Source: Sedimentisphaerales bacterium (GTDB taxonomy: Bacteria; Planctomycetota; Phycisphaerae; Sedimentisphaerales; SM23-30). Taken from it: DNA of 64,000 nucleotides. This document shows positions 52,718 through 64,000 of the stretch, piece after piece. The notes below the pieces were generated by a model. The model worked only from the letters and a program-made list of their open reading frames with translations, had not been told where the DNA came from and made no database searches. The stretch's first letter is position 1, and the number at the start of each line of letters is the position of its first letter. The stretch is from the NCBI GenBank assembly GCA_963666285.1, contig OY762711.1. The stretch is one strand, 5' to 3'. The translations under genes and the position numbers were made by a program.

Positions 52718-53076
52718 TTTTTATTCCCCTTGATAAAAATACATTTTTACTTCCCTTGACTATCGGGATATACCAATGAACGCATAAAAAATAATACTAC
52801 AGAACAAATTCAAGAAGCCGGACTCAATGCTGTTAAATTTATTATACCACTACAATTCGCTTTAACAACTTGAATTTAACCCTGTTTTCCCACATTTTTA
52901 TATTTCTTTCTGCATTATACACATTCCCAATTTATTACTCACAATCATGCATAAAGCGATCGATATTTTTCAGAAAATTAACCAGAATACAATACATAAT
53001 ATAGACGAATTCCAACTATTATGGATTATTTAAAAAGATGTGGACGAAACTCACTTAATAGCCATAATTAATAGCC

Positions 53077-54429
53077 ATGACAGTAGCCTGCAACCTTAAA
53101 ATAATACTGAATTATACCAGACTCACAATCGGGATTTTGATGCTATTCCTGTCGGCTTTCGCCAACGCTGCTCATTCAAATACAACCGAAAGTATCGAAC
53201 CGGAAACATTAAAAGATCTCATTATCCCTGCTTCCGCTGACCGGGCCAGGCGTTTCGAAGCTGTAGAACTCGCCATCAGCAGCTACCCCGAATCTGCCCC
53301 GGTCTGGATCGCTCAGGCCCTGGTCAACACACCCGATCTGCAAGTTGCCGAACTGCTCCTGCAAAAACTCGAATATCTCTCCTCACCTTCATCGATAAAA
53401 TATCTTGCAATGTATCACCCGCAGAATAAGCAATTAAAAGAGAGAACTATCAAACTTTGCAAAAACATAACGCAAACCGATTACCCCCAATACGCTCTCG
53501 CCATTGTCAACCAGGACCAAAGCAAATCTGACCTGCCCGAATTCCAAATGACCTCCGACATCTGCAAAATATGGGAAAATCTCAACCTCCCACGCAGCGA
53601 TGCCGAAAAATGGCTACACAGCATTACTCCCCAAAATACTATCACCAGAACCATGAAATTCTGCCTCGACCGGTTTAACTGCATCCCTTCAACCTTCATC
53701 GAAATTGTCCAGTTCCGCAAACTCGAAAATATGCCGAAACCTGAGATCCTGACTCTCAAAAACAAGTTTGACATCCTTGCCGACCATGGTTATCTGTTTT
53801 CCATTGGCGACCTGGGCCTGTTGCAAAACCTGCCAATAGAAACAATTAAAACCTCTCGAGAAAACCTGGAAAGCGTCATCTCCCCATACCTCCAAAACGC
53901 CAAACATATCAGCCGCCCCCCCGCATACAGAAACGCTGCCAACGACAAACCTGACGATTTCGCCGGCCAAAAAGATTCACTTACTATCACCGACCTGCTC
54001 CGGCTTAAACTCATCATCAATTATATATCACAAAACAACCAAAAAGACATCAACTCATCCCTCACCCAGCCAACCGACAAAAGCGAGATCGGCGGACTCA
54101 TACACCTCAAAAATGACAGCCTGGTTTTCCAGTATTACACCCCCGGCAAATCCATCGGCCATCATCGCTATATAGAATCACAACAGTTATTAAGCGATGC
54201 CCCCAACGCCATCGCACGCTGGCATATACACGACCAGCGAAACACCTCACGCAACCTTGCAGGCCCAGGCATAGACGACATCAAATACGCCCAAAACCTC
54301 AACTCCGCCATCGTCATAATTACCTTGCTCCAGGACACCGCCACCGGCATAACTGCAAACTTCGACTATGTCAACTCGTCAGGCACCACCATCGACATCA
54401 CAGTTACCAATATTGTAAACTTACATTAA
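53077..54429 (+). CDS. exported protein with C-terminal JAB/MPN-like motif
   Basis: Signal peptide; EIGG...WHIH...AGPGIDD. Confidence 0.65.
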   Translation: MTVACNLKIILNYTRLTIGILMLFLSAFANAAHSNTTESIEPETLKDLIIPASADRARRFEAVELAISSYPESAPVWIAQALVNTPDLQVAELLLQKLEYLSSPSSIKYLAMYHPQNKQLKERTIKLCKNITQTDYPQYALAIVNQDQSKSDLPEFQMTSDICKIWENLNLPRSDAEKWLHSITPQNTITRTMKFCLDRFNCIPSTFIEIVQFRKLENMPKPEILTLKNKFDILADHGYLFSIGDLGLLQNLPIETIKTSRENLESVISPYLQNAKHISRPPAYRNAANDKPDDFAGQKDSLTITDLLRLKLIINYISQNNQKDINSSLTQPTDKSEIGGLIHLKNDSLVFQYYTPGKSIGHHRYIESQQLLSDAPNAIARWHIHDQRNTSRNLAGPGIDDIKYAQNLNSAIVIITLLQDTATGITANFDYVNSSGTTIDITVTNIVNLH

Positions 54430-54503
54430 GTTTACTTTCGCAGTTTTTAAGTTGCAATAACGAAGTGCCTCTGGTAAATCGCCTAAAAGGGCCTTCTTGC
54501 AAC
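54428..54503 (+). repeat. dispersed repeat R1, copy carrying a short internal insertion
   Basis: AAGTTTACTTTCGCAGTTTTTAAGTTGCAATAA[insert]TCGCCTAAAAGGGCC. Confidence 0.8.
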
Positions 54504-54653
54504 ACTTTGAATTTAAACAAAACGTGAGCGACAGCGAATTATTCCTGATGTCAACGTACATCAGGACACCTCAATTCTTCACTTCATTTTTCATTTTGCG
54601 TAGCTCGCCGCAACTCTAAATTTTGGTTCATTTCAGACTTCAAACAGATACTG

Positions 54654-55875
54654 CAATTTTGATATAAATTTTACTTTCGCGTCAGCTTTAAAATTAGTTG
54701 TGAGCCGTTAGGCGAACACCGGAATTTTTCACTTTTAATTTTTCATTTTTCATTTTGCGTAGCTCGCCGCTCCGTGGCATCTGGTCTGCCCACAATCCAA
54801 AAATAACAACTTACGATAATATCCGCAAAATTCCCTCCCCGCCGCACTACCTCTGCAACCCGCCTCGCACTCATTCTTATATCCCCGCACCCTTCAATTC
54901 CATTCCGTTTTTTAACCTCTCCTTCACCTAACTACTCTCACTTATAAATCAATTAGCCTCGCCGAACCCGGTTAAAATAGGTCGCGTAGCGACACCTTCA
55001 CTCCTGGGAACGCTGAGTACAAGCTCGGCACATTATTTAACCAGGTCGCGTAGCGACACCTTCACATCATTGGACTTGTCCAATGATGTGCCAGAGTGCG
55101 AAGCACGTAGTTTATCTGCTGACAGCTGACCACTGGCCGCTGGTCACTCGCTGCTGATTACCTGTTCTACTATCATCTGTTCTAATTTTAAACAAGCCGT
55201 GAGCGACAGCGAATTATTCCTGATGTCAATGTACATCAGGACACCTTAATTTTTCATTTTTAATTATTCATTTTTCATTTAGCGTAGCTCGTCGCGTCTC
55301 CGCTCCGTCCCCGTGTTTGGGCTTCCGTACCTGTTTGATGTTCCGCCGTATATTGTCCGCGGCCCGCAATTCCCCTTCGTTCAAATCCGTTACCCTTTTC
55401 ACCGCCGGCCACCCGCCGCGCTGCCCCGTTACCTTTCCGCACACCTCCCGTCAACCATCAATTAGCCGCGAGCGGTAGCGAGCAACCTTCCATGGCATCT
55501 GAAACCTGATTCCTGACCACTGATTTTCTCGAAAAAATCACCGCGTTTTTACAACCACCAAAACGCGAAAATCTAAAGTCTTCAATTTTTTTATCCCGTT
55601 TACTACAAACACCTTACAAACTTCCAAACCAACCAGCCCGCCCAAAAAATCAGCGCACTTTTGACATACCGTCCAATTGTAGAGAGCCAACAAAAAATGA
55701 TTACCAGCATAAATCAGCTCTCTACAAAACATAACAACGACGAAAACTTCGTCTTTAATATAAACAACGCTCAATAAAAACCGAATATTTCCTTCACGCC
55801 TCGGCAAATCAGAATGATTTGCCCTCTAGAATTGACAATCTCAATTCGTCTCCGCAAGAGCTCGCCTCGCAGCGG
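54654..55875. repeat. large non-coding modular element, copy B
   Basis: Collinear with 12521-13596, with extra modules; an additional module copy lies at 54512-54611. Confidence 0.92.
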
Positions 55876-55973
55876 CCTGTTCCAAGCTTTGCTTGGTCTC
55901 CGCGCAGCATTCCAGGCAAGGCTTTACTTAGCCTTGCCTAATACCTTTCAAACTGTCCATCAAACAGTTTGAG

Positions 55974-56375
55974 TTAATTATCTACACACAGTCCTAATGA
56001 TTCAATTTTTTGCATCAGCTCGCTTTTTTTCACTGGTTTTACTATATAATCCTCACACCCTTCTTTATATGATGCTACCACATTCTGAGGGTCTCCGAGT
56101 GCTGACGTCATTATAACCTTTACCTTACTGGTTATAAGGCCCTGATTTTCATTCTCATAAACCCTTATTTTTTGAAGGAATTCATGACCATCCATTTCAG
56201 GCATATTAATATCAAGGCAGATCAGGTCAAATGGTTCACCACTGTCAATTGCAAAAGTAAACATGCCATACGCGTCTCGTCCATTTTCTGCACATGCACA
56301 ATCTGCAATACCTTTGAAATGAAGCTTCATTAAAACCTGAGATGCATTATTGTCTTCAACAATTAAAACTTTCAT
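55974..56375 (-). CDS. single-domain response regulator (CheY-like)
   Basis: VEDN, LDINMPEMDG and KP motifs. Confidence 0.93.
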   Translation of the reverse strand: MKVLIVEDNNASQVLMKLHFKGIADCACAENGRDAYGMFTFAIDSGEPFDLICLDINMPEMDGHEFLQKIRVYENENQGLITSKVKVIMTSALGDPQNVVASYKEGCEDYIVKPVKKSELMQKIESLGLCVDN

Positions 56376-56395
56376 AATTTGTCCTCATAATATTA

Positions 56396-59300
56396 CTATA
56401 TTTTTATAACACTTTCTAACCAGCCTGAACTGGAAAGATACGATACTAATTTTCGATATAATTCATCAACCTGTTTAAAATATAGACTTACCATTTCGTA
56501 ATCTTTTTCCTTTGCATATTGTTCTAAAACAGATGAAATTTCTGATAATTTCACTGCTCCAACATTCGCGGCCATCCCTTTTATCAAATGTGCTAAATGA
56601 GCTGCCTGTTCATAATCTGAAACCTGAACACTATTTTCCAGTTTAGCTAATAAATTATCAGCATCCCGGCATACCGCGGTTGAAACAGCTTCAATGGTCT
56701 CTCTATTACCGCATACACTGATTAATTGATCAACATCCAGAATATCACTAACCTTTGATAATAGTTTTTCTGCCATTACTTCATCATCTAAACTGTATTC
56801 GCTTTTTTTATCCAGAAATTTATCTAAACAGCTATAAAGCGCTTTTTTATCATAAGGCTTTGGTATAAAATCCAAAAATCCGGCTTCCTGATATTTTCTC
56901 TTCTCCGTTTCCATTACACTTGCTGTAATAGCGACAATTGGAACTCTGGAATTAATCCTCTGTATTTCGCTAATTGCATCTAAACCATTCAATACAGGCA
57001 TATGGATATCAAGCATGATAAGATCAAACTCTTCCGACTTTACCCTTTCAACTGCCTGTCTGCCGTCTTCTACTATTACTATATTTACTCCCGCTTTTTC
57101 AAGCATTGCTTTTATGAGTATCTGGTTTGCAGGATTATCTTCTGCTACCAAAACTTTTCCACTATAAGTGCCGCTTGCCACAGCATCTTCATCATTAGCC
57201 AGCATATTTTGCGAATCTCCATATTCAGCCCCTTCCGGAACTTTTACTGGCACTGTAAGTATAAAGGTTGAACCTTTTCCTTCCACACTTTCCACTGCCA
57301 TCTTGCCTCCAAGCAGGTCAACTATTCTTGATGTTATTGACAACCCTAAACCAGTTCCTCCATACTGTCTTGTCGTACTGCTGTCAGCCTGGGTAAAAGG
57401 CTCAAAAATCGCTTTAAGTTTTTCATTTGATATACCTATACCGCTATCTTCTATCTCAAAATGTAAATAATCTGTATCATCACTCTTACCTGATGATGTT
57501 CGCACTTCAACTTTTCCTTCCTTGGTAAACTTAACAGCATTACCTACAAGATTTATTAGACTCTGCTGCAGCCTGTCAGAATCAGCATTTACCATTTTAG
57601 GTAGTTCGTTCTCACAGATAAATGCTAATTCTAAATTCTTCCTCTCTGCCTGGGCGGTAAACATCCCTTTTAAACCGTTCAGCATCTCATACGGATCGAA
57701 ATCATGTTCATCCAAATCCAGCTTACCGGCTTCAACCTTGGACAGGTCAAGAATATCATTTATCAGACATAGCAAAGAGTTGCCTGACTCGAATATTAAC
57801 TTAACATACTCGTAATATTCTTCAGGCAGTTCCTTCTCCATTAAATGCGCACTAAAGCCTATTATTGCATTCATGGGAGTGCGTATTTCATGACTCATAT
57901 TTGCCAGAAACTGGCTCTTTGCCTGATTTGCTACTTCCGCTTTTTCCGCCATCTCTTGTGCCAGCTCAGTCTGCTCCTGTAAATTTTTATTCATTTGCAG
58001 GAGTTTCTGCTCTGCTTTCTTTTGGTTTGTAATATCTATCAAACTCTCTAAAAGATATTCTTCGCCTTCCAGTGTGATTTTACGAACGGTCTTTAATACC
58101 TGCAATTCTGTACCATCTGGACGAATTACTGTTTTTTCTGAATTATCAGCTTCATTACCTAAGTCCAGAACAGGGCATTCTCCATACTTTCTTGGACAAA
58201 CAAATCGATGACACACTTTTCCAACTAAATCACTTACACTCACATCGACTATCTCTGCCGCAGCCTCATTTGCCTCAATGATAACTCGATCACTGCAGCG
58301 AATAAGAATTATACCGGCCTGAACAGAATCCATTAAGGCACATGTTCGTTCATGAGCATCTGTTAGATACTTATATGCATATTCCAGCTCCTGGAAAGTC
58401 CTTAGCGTATTCTCCGCAATATCTTTAAATTCCTGGATCATAAAACCAGTTGTGTCCAGATCTCTGTTCTTACCTTCTTCTTCTGACAGCCCCCTGGTTA
58501 TTTGCTTCAATTCACGGTCAATTCTACTTGTCATTTTTGCAGAAACAAAAGAGGTTCCTGCAAATGCAATCATACTGAAACCAAGAATAATCAAAATCTG
58601 AACCAATAGTTTCTGCCACATATGGTATGCCGCTTCAGATATTGTCTTCTCTATATCATCAAGATATAAACCTGTTCCGACAACCCAGCCCCAATCATGT
58701 ACACCACGAACATATGACACCTTGCTTACTACTCTTCCTAAACTAGGTTTGTTCCATTTGTAGTCAACAAAACCGCCGTTAGGGCTTTTCCCGGCATTAA
58801 TAAGTTCTTTTACTACCATTACGCCATCTGGGTCTTTTAAATTAGATATATTTTGGCCCACCAATTCAGGCTGAGTCCTGTTTACCAGTTCAATTCCATC
58901 ATAGCTTTTAACAAAATAATATCCTTCCCCATTAGCAAATGAAATAGAACTCAGGTGTTTTTTTACTTCTTTCATTATTTCTTGTTCGGCAACACCTTTA
59001 TTTGATAAATTATCTCGCATTTGATTTACATCTGTAATAGCAATATCAACCATCATTTTCAATAGTTGCTTCTTGTTATCTACCATTTGTGCCGCTAATG
59101 CCTCTTTATCAAATCTAAACGAATACCATGTTTGAATTATAAATGCTGTTAATAAACTAATCAGAAGAATAGAAGTAGCCCAAAGTAAATTACTTTTTAC
59201 AAACGATGCCAATAGTCTAACCTTGCCTTGTCTGTTTAGTATTGACATCCTGGTAAAACTTATTAATGCAAATATAAACAATATTGCCCCTAGCGACAGA

Positions 59301-60319
59301 GCTGATACTACTGACCATGTTTCTTTCTGAATATCACCGATTATACTAACATCAATCGGTAAAGATGACCTGTCAAGATTGTGCCTGACCAGCTCATTCG
59401 TATCAAACATAGCTTTATTTGGGCTTTCTGTAACAACAGGAGGAATTTTACCATCTTTTAATATCCTTTTACCAAGCAAAGCCGCCATCTCACCCTGATA
59501 TTCAGAGCTTACCATCTGACCGCCGACAACACCATGGCTCAGATACAGGTCCAACATTCCATAAACCGGTGCTGGAGAATGCTTACTAATCAACTCAGAA
59601 CATTCTTCATAAGAATAATAATGATTGTCCCTGTCTCTGTTATATGTCATTAATAAGACAGCATCTTCGGGAGATATGGCAGACAAAGAACTTAATAGTT
59701 CTCCCATTGCCAGAGAATCAAAATAAATTAACTTAAAACCATAATCCTTCAATTTAAAAGCCGACTCAACTTCGTTCTTAACCTGCTGACCTGTTTGCGT
59801 TGTACCTGAGACCAGGTACAAATTCTTTGCTTTTGGTTGAAGCTTACGAATATAATCTACCGTGCTTATTGGGTCGACTTTTTCTGCAGCACCTGTAATC
59901 CGTCCTTCAAAACCGTCCAGTAAAGTCGGTGAATAGTTGTTTATTCCACAAAAAACAACTGGAACATCTGGAAATAACTCTTTGGAATATTCCCTTAGAA
60001 ATGTTAATGCATTATTGTCAGAAATGATTATTAAATCAGGATTTAAGTCTGAATACTTTGCTACCAAATGCTGAAAAACAATTGGAGATACTTGTTCTAA
60101 CGGATGACGCTTACTGTCAAGGTATTCAACATATAAATCATAATGGTCTTTATCAAACTCATTAATCAGGCTTTTCTCTACACCATCAGTCCAGGTAAAA
60201 CCCTCATGATAAGAATGAATTACCAGGATTTGTGGCTTTCCAGCTTTTTCCGCACGCAGGATAGTACATAACCATAAAAGAACAAATATCACTACCCTTT
60301 GCAACACCTCTGTTTTCAT
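56396..60319 (-). CDS. hybrid sensor histidine kinase (periplasmic binding domain, Cache, PAS, HisKA, HATPase, REC, Hpt)
   Basis: [35 protein letters not shown] and AHLIKG motifs. Confidence 0.95.
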   Translation of the reverse strand: MKTEVLQRVVIFVLLWLCTILRAEKAGKPQILVIHSYHEGFTWTDGVEKSLINEFDKDHYDLYVEYLDSKRHPLEQVSPIVFQHLVAKYSDLNPDLIIISDNNALTFLREYSKELFPDVPVVFCGINNYSPTLLDGFEGRITGAAEKVDPISTVDYIRKLQPKAKNLYLVSGTTQTGQQVKNEVESAFKLKDYGFKLIYFDSLAMGELLSSLSAISPEDAVLLMTYNRDRDNHYYSYEECSELISKHSPAPVYGMLDLYLSHGVVGGQMVSSEYQGEMAALLGKRILKDGKIPPVVTESPNKAMFDTNELVRHNLDRSSLPIDVSIIGDIQKETWSVVSALSLGAILFIFALISFTRMSILNRQGKVRLLASFVKSNLLWATSILLISLLTAFIIQTWYSFRFDKEALAAQMVDNKKQLLKMMVDIAITDVNQMRDNLSNKGVAEQEIMKEVKKHLSSISFANGEGYYFVKSYDGIELVNRTQPELVGQNISNLKDPDGVMVVKELINAGKSPNGGFVDYKWNKPSLGRVVSKVSYVRGVHDWGWVVGTGLYLDDIEKTISEAAYHMWQKLLVQILIILGFSMIAFAGTSFVSAKMTSRIDRELKQITRGLSEEEGKNRDLDTTGFMIQEFKDIAENTLRTFQELEYAYKYLTDAHERTCALMDSVQAGIILIRCSDRVIIEANEAAAEIVDVSVSDLVGKVCHRFVCPRKYGECPVLDLGNEADNSEKTVIRPDGTELQVLKTVRKITLEGEEYLLESLIDITNQKKAEQKLLQMNKNLQEQTELAQEMAEKAEVANQAKSQFLANMSHEIRTPMNAIIGFSAHLMEKELPEEYYEYVKLIFESGNSLLCLINDILDLSKVEAGKLDLDEHDFDPYEMLNGLKGMFTAQAERKNLELAFICENELPKMVNADSDRLQQSLINLVGNAVKFTKEGKVEVRTSSGKSDDTDYLHFEIEDSGIGISNEKLKAIFEPFTQADSSTTRQYGGTGLGLSITSRIVDLLGGKMAVESVEGKGSTFILTVPVKVPEGAEYGDSQNMLANDEDAVASGTYSGKVLVAEDNPANQILIKAMLEKAGVNIVIVEDGRQAVERVKSEEFDLIMLDIHMPVLNGLDAISEIQRINSRVPIVAITASVMETEKRKYQEAGFLDFIPKPYDKKALYSCLDKFLDKKSEYSLDDEVMAEKLLSKVSDILDVDQLISVCGNRETIEAVSTAVCRDADNLLAKLENSVQVSDYEQAAHLAHLIKGMAANVGAVKLSEISSVLEQYAKEKDYEMVSLYFKQVDELYRKLVSYLSSSGWLESVIKI

Positions 60320-60607
60320 TTAGCTTAATCCCAATCACTAAGTAGTAGAATTTCAATTCCCCAAATAAATAGTTAATATTCAAGCTATTCTCAACTATTT
60401 AATAATCGGAAAATATTAAGCTTAACTGTCTGTTACATTTACAAACAACAAAATATTGCGAAATAGCCAATATTGGACGTTTAAATAACGTCATGTAAGA
60501 TAATGAGTTACAATAACATCTTGCTTGAAACTATGATATAATATCAAAGAATATTGATTGGGACACTCAGGTTATGGGACTGGGAATTATTATTAAAGAC
60601 AAAAAAA

Positions 60608-61402
60608 TCAATGTATATTTATTCTTCTACGAACAAACCCGGCAATATAAATTCCTGTGCCGGCCAAAAATACCGCACCAGGTGCAGGTACAGATGGTGT
60701 AATATCCTCAAGAAAAACAGTATCAATGTCCAAGGAAGATAGACCTTCGCTCAGGCTGCCCACCAATGGATTATAGATATATCCATCGTACTTAAACATT
60801 AGGGTTAATTTATAATTTCCTACTGCAGAAAACTGCCCTTGCGAATATAGAACATCTCCACCAAAATACATCCCGGTTGCTGAGGAATTATGGTTCGTCC
60901 ATATTAATCCATTATTACTGCTATTTAACCCCAGATACATACTGTAATAATCAATAGAATAACTAGCATCAGTCAAAACGGCATATAAAAAATCACTTTC
61001 CCCATATTCTGAAAGCCACGACATATCAACTCCAACACGATAATCAAGAGTACCGTCCAGGTAGAAAGAACTGCTTGTCATAGCAATATAGCCATACGTA
61101 TTATTATAATCATCAAAGGGATATGCCTGAGATTCTTCAAGGCGAACAATGTCATCAGTTGTATCTGTCAAAACCATACTCATACCGGGAACACTCGGAT
61201 TAGAGCCACCAATATTATTCCAACCGGAAACGGTCCACCCAGCCGGGCCAAATGGACCTGGATAACTTTCACCATAACCGGAACCTGCATCAGAATAATC
61301 AACTGAAGCCATATTCCATAACTGAACGGTATTACCACCTGAAAGAAATGGAGTAATAACCGATATCAAAAATAAAATCTGGGTCAAACGAGAGAATTTC
61401 AT
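60608..61402 (-). CDS. PEP-CTERM-like (VPAP) exosortase-target protein
   Basis: Signal peptide; VPAPGAVFLAGTGIYIAGFVRRR. Confidence 0.85.
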   Translation of the reverse strand: MKFSRLTQILFLISVITPFLSGGNTVQLWNMASVDYSDAGSGYGESYPGPFGPAGWTVSGWNNIGGSNPSVPGMSMVLTDTTDDIVRLEESQAYPFDDYNNTYGYIAMTSSSFYLDGTLDYRVGVDMSWLSEYGESDFLYAVLTDASYSIDYYSMYLGLNSSNNGLIWTNHNSSATGMYFGGDVLYSQGQFSAVGNYKLTLMFKYDGYIYNPLVGSLSEGLSSLDIDTVFLEDITPSVPAPGAVFLAGTGIYIAGFVRRRINIH

Positions 61403-61672
61403 ATAGTTTCTTCCTTCCGAATTTTAAAATCAAATTACTCCCGTTATTCTCCTCTATATGTTAATATATACCAGATTTACATTATTTTTCAATTAACAAT
61501 ACAAAAAAAAACATTAAATTTCAAAAATGTACTAAAACTAAAAGAATTGAACTTATTTACGGTTTTGATTACAATCTGCATAAAATTAGCATTCAGGCTA
61601 TATAATCCCCATATAAACAAACCTTAATATAGCCTTTTAGCACACAACAACATTGATCAGGAGTATAAAAGT

Positions 61673-63808
61673 ATGTATAGAATAAGTTTACAATTGTTAT
61701 TATTAACAATTGTCACCCCATCCCTTTTGGCCCAGGCCAACATAACTGATTATGTAAATCCATTTTTAGGCACTGCCCCACTTACAAATCCCAAAGAGAT
61801 TGGATATACTCCGCCAGATGAATGGCGAGTCTGGGCTGGTTTGGTATTCCCAGGTGCTTCATTACCAAACGCTATGGTTCAACTGAGCCCAATCACAGAA
61901 TTTGGCAGTGGAGCCGGATATGAATATGAAGATGATACCATATATGCTTTCACACACACCAATAAAGGACATTGGAATCTCTGCAATATCCCTATTATGC
62001 CGGTTTCAGGAGACGTAACAGCAGCAGATTTCGGGTCTCAATACAGCCATGAAAATGAATCTGCCAAACCGGGATATTACCAGGTTTACCTCGAAAGGTA
62101 TAATATCAATGCCGAACTGACATCTACTCTTCGCTGTGGTTATCATAAATATACCTATAAAGATAACACCGATAAAAAGCTTATTGTAAATATCACAAAA
62201 TCTAACGAAAGAATAAGAAGATACAATATTCTCCCTGATGGAGATTATGCCTTTGAAGGATACCAGCAGGCCAATGACTATGTTTATTTTTATGCAATAT
62301 CAAATCATAAAATCAAAAAAATCGAATTCCTGCCTTCACGTCGAAGAGGTATACCAATAATTCAGTTCGAAAATTCCAATAAACCCTTGGAAATCAAGAT
62401 CGGACTGTCTTTTGTCAGTACTGAAAATGCTAAAAATAACCTGGAAGAACTCACCGGAAAGAATTTTGACCAGGTAAAGCAGGAAGCATCTGAAACCTGG
62501 AATAAACTTTTATCAAAAATCAAGGTAGAAGGCGGTACAAACCGTCAAAAAGAACTGTTTTATTCATCTTTATATAGAAGTTTCTTATGGCCTGCCCTGA
62601 GAAGCGATATCAACGGCGAATTCAAAGATGGAAGTGGAGAAATTGTTAAGAAAAACTTCAAATACTATACCACTCCGTCGCTATGGGATACCTACAGAAA
62701 TAAACTCGTACTTCTTGGATTACTCTCCCCTGATGTTACAAATGATGTTATCAGCTCTTTAATAGATTTAGGTGAAAAACGAGGTTTTATGCCGACCTTT
62801 TTCCATGGCGACCATGCCGCTCCCTTCATCTCCGGGTCATACCTCAGAGGCCTAAGAGATTATGATGTTAAAAGTGCCTACCAACTGCTTCTTAATAATG
62901 CAACCAAAGAAGGTGGAACTCGCCCTCATATAGCTGAATATATCGAAAAAGGTTATATTTCAACCCCTGCGATTGATAACCCGGAAGTAGAAACTAAAGC
63001 CAAAGCCGGTGTAACTAAAACGCTGGAATACGCTTACGATGATTATGCTGTAGCTCTACTAGCTAAAGAGCTTGGCGATACCAAAAACTACGAAATACTT
63101 ATGAAACGGACAGGTAATTATAAGAACCTGTTCGACCCTTCTACCGGCCTTATGAGAGGCCGTCTTGAAAATGGGCAATGGGTAGATAATTTCAACCCGC
63201 AATATCCTTATTATGAATATATGTATCGAGAAGCAAACGCATGGCAATCGACATTCTTTGCCCCGCATGATTCTGAAGGGCTGGTCTCTCTTTTTAAAAA
63301 TATAAATGAATTTGAGGCTCAGCTTGACAAACTCTTCTCAATACCATGGAATGAAAATCATATAGCCAGAAATGTATCTTCTTTTATTGGGCAGTACTGC
63401 CACGGCAACCAGCCGGACCATAGCACTCCATACATGTATTACTTTGTTAACAAACAGGAAAAATCTCAGGCAATACTCAACCGTCTTATGGAAGACTTCT
63501 ATGGAATGGGCGAATTCGGCCTGGCACTTTGCGGCATGGATGATGCTGGTGAAATGTCTAGCTGGTACGTCTTTAACGCAATAGGACTATATACTTACTC
63601 GCCGGCTGATGCAGAATACATTATAACTGTACCAATATTTGACAAAATCGACATCCGGCTGACAGACAACCAGGCCTGCACAATTATCAGGAAAAACTCC
63701 GGAAAAAAAATACAGGAAATAACCTGCGGAGCCAAAAAACTTGATAGCTATTTTATCTCTCACAAGACACTTTTTGAAGCTAAAACCCTCACTATAACAA
63801 CGGAATAA
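61673..63808 (+). CDS. GH92 alpha-mannosidase
   Basis: SLWDTYR, TLEYAYDD, HGNQP and DDAGEMSSW motifs. Confidence 0.93.
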   Translation: MYRISLQLLLLTIVTPSLLAQANITDYVNPFLGTAPLTNPKEIGYTPPDEWRVWAGLVFPGASLPNAMVQLSPITEFGSGAGYEYEDDTIYAFTHTNKGHWNLCNIPIMPVSGDVTAADFGSQYSHENESAKPGYYQVYLERYNINAELTSTLRCGYHKYTYKDNTDKKLIVNITKSNERIRRYNILPDGDYAFEGYQQANDYVYFYAISNHKIKKIEFLPSRRRGIPIIQFENSNKPLEIKIGLSFVSTENAKNNLEELTGKNFDQVKQEASETWNKLLSKIKVEGGTNRQKELFYSSLYRSFLWPALRSDINGEFKDGSGEIVKKNFKYYTTPSLWDTYRNKLVLLGLLSPDVTNDVISSLIDLGEKRGFMPTFFHGDHAAPFISGSYLRGLRDYDVKSAYQLLLNNATKEGGTRPHIAEYIEKGYISTPAIDNPEVETKAKAGVTKTLEYAYDDYAVALLAKELGDTKNYEILMKRTGNYKNLFDPSTGLMRGRLENGQWVDNFNPQYPYYEYMYREANAWQSTFFAPHDSEGLVSLFKNINEFEAQLDKLFSIPWNENHIARNVSSFIGQYCHGNQPDHSTPYMYYFVNKQEKSQAILNRLMEDFYGMGEFGLALCGMDDAGEMSSWYVFNAIGLYTYSPADAEYIITVPIFDKIDIRLTDNQACTIIRKNSGKKIQEITCGAKKLDSYFISHKTLFEAKTLTITTE

Positions 63809-63881
63809 TGCTTGAGCATATTTTGCATATTATATATCATATAGGAATAATGAACTTATTTGATGAAATTAAGGATCTAAG

Positions 63882-64000
63882 ATGATTAGAAATACACTGT
63901 TTTCACTTGTCAAACTAATAGTAATTACTTTTAGTATTATTACCATAAATCTATATGCTGCAGATTTTAATAAAACCTTTGTAAATCCGATCTACGAAGG
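63882..64000 (+). CDS. secreted protein, 3' truncated (GH43-like start)
   Basis: MIRNTLFSLVKLIVITFSIITINLYAADFNKTFVNPIYE...: signal peptide plus an NP motif. Confidence 0.55.
   Translation, partial: MIRNTLFSLVKLIVITFSIITINLYAADFNKTFVNPIYE

Overview
Bacterial chromosomal window, probably Planctomycetota (Phycisphaerae/Sedimentisphaerales-like). This is inferred from the DUF1559-type prepilin gene, PEP-CTERM proteins, LamG/Ig proteins with dockerin-like tails, a sulfatase and an ECF/FecR pair. Housekeeping genes: skp-lpxD-lpxC/fabZ, eno, rsmE and a MalY-type lyase. Also present: glycan-use genes (GH5, GH78, GH92, partial GH43, BNR-4 propeller, sulfatase), an RDD/SpoIIM/DUF4129/DUF4350/MoxR/DUF58 cluster and a hybrid histidine kinase. 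A class C group II intron (2728-4627) has a doubly frameshifted RT. The most unusual content is non-coding: (i) two co-oriented copies, 42 kb apart, of a 1.1-1.2 kb modular element with conserved scaffold blocks, variable heptamer tandem arrays, GNA-triloop mini-hairpins and a covarying minus-strand stem; (ii) a dispersed ~55-bp repeat that appears to act as an insertion hotspot; (iii) TA-duplicating palindromic MITEs. A MerR regulator co-transcribed with a free-standing copy of its own C-terminal domain, under a canonical 19-bp-spacer promoter, is also notable. All calls were made by eye; no database searches were run.
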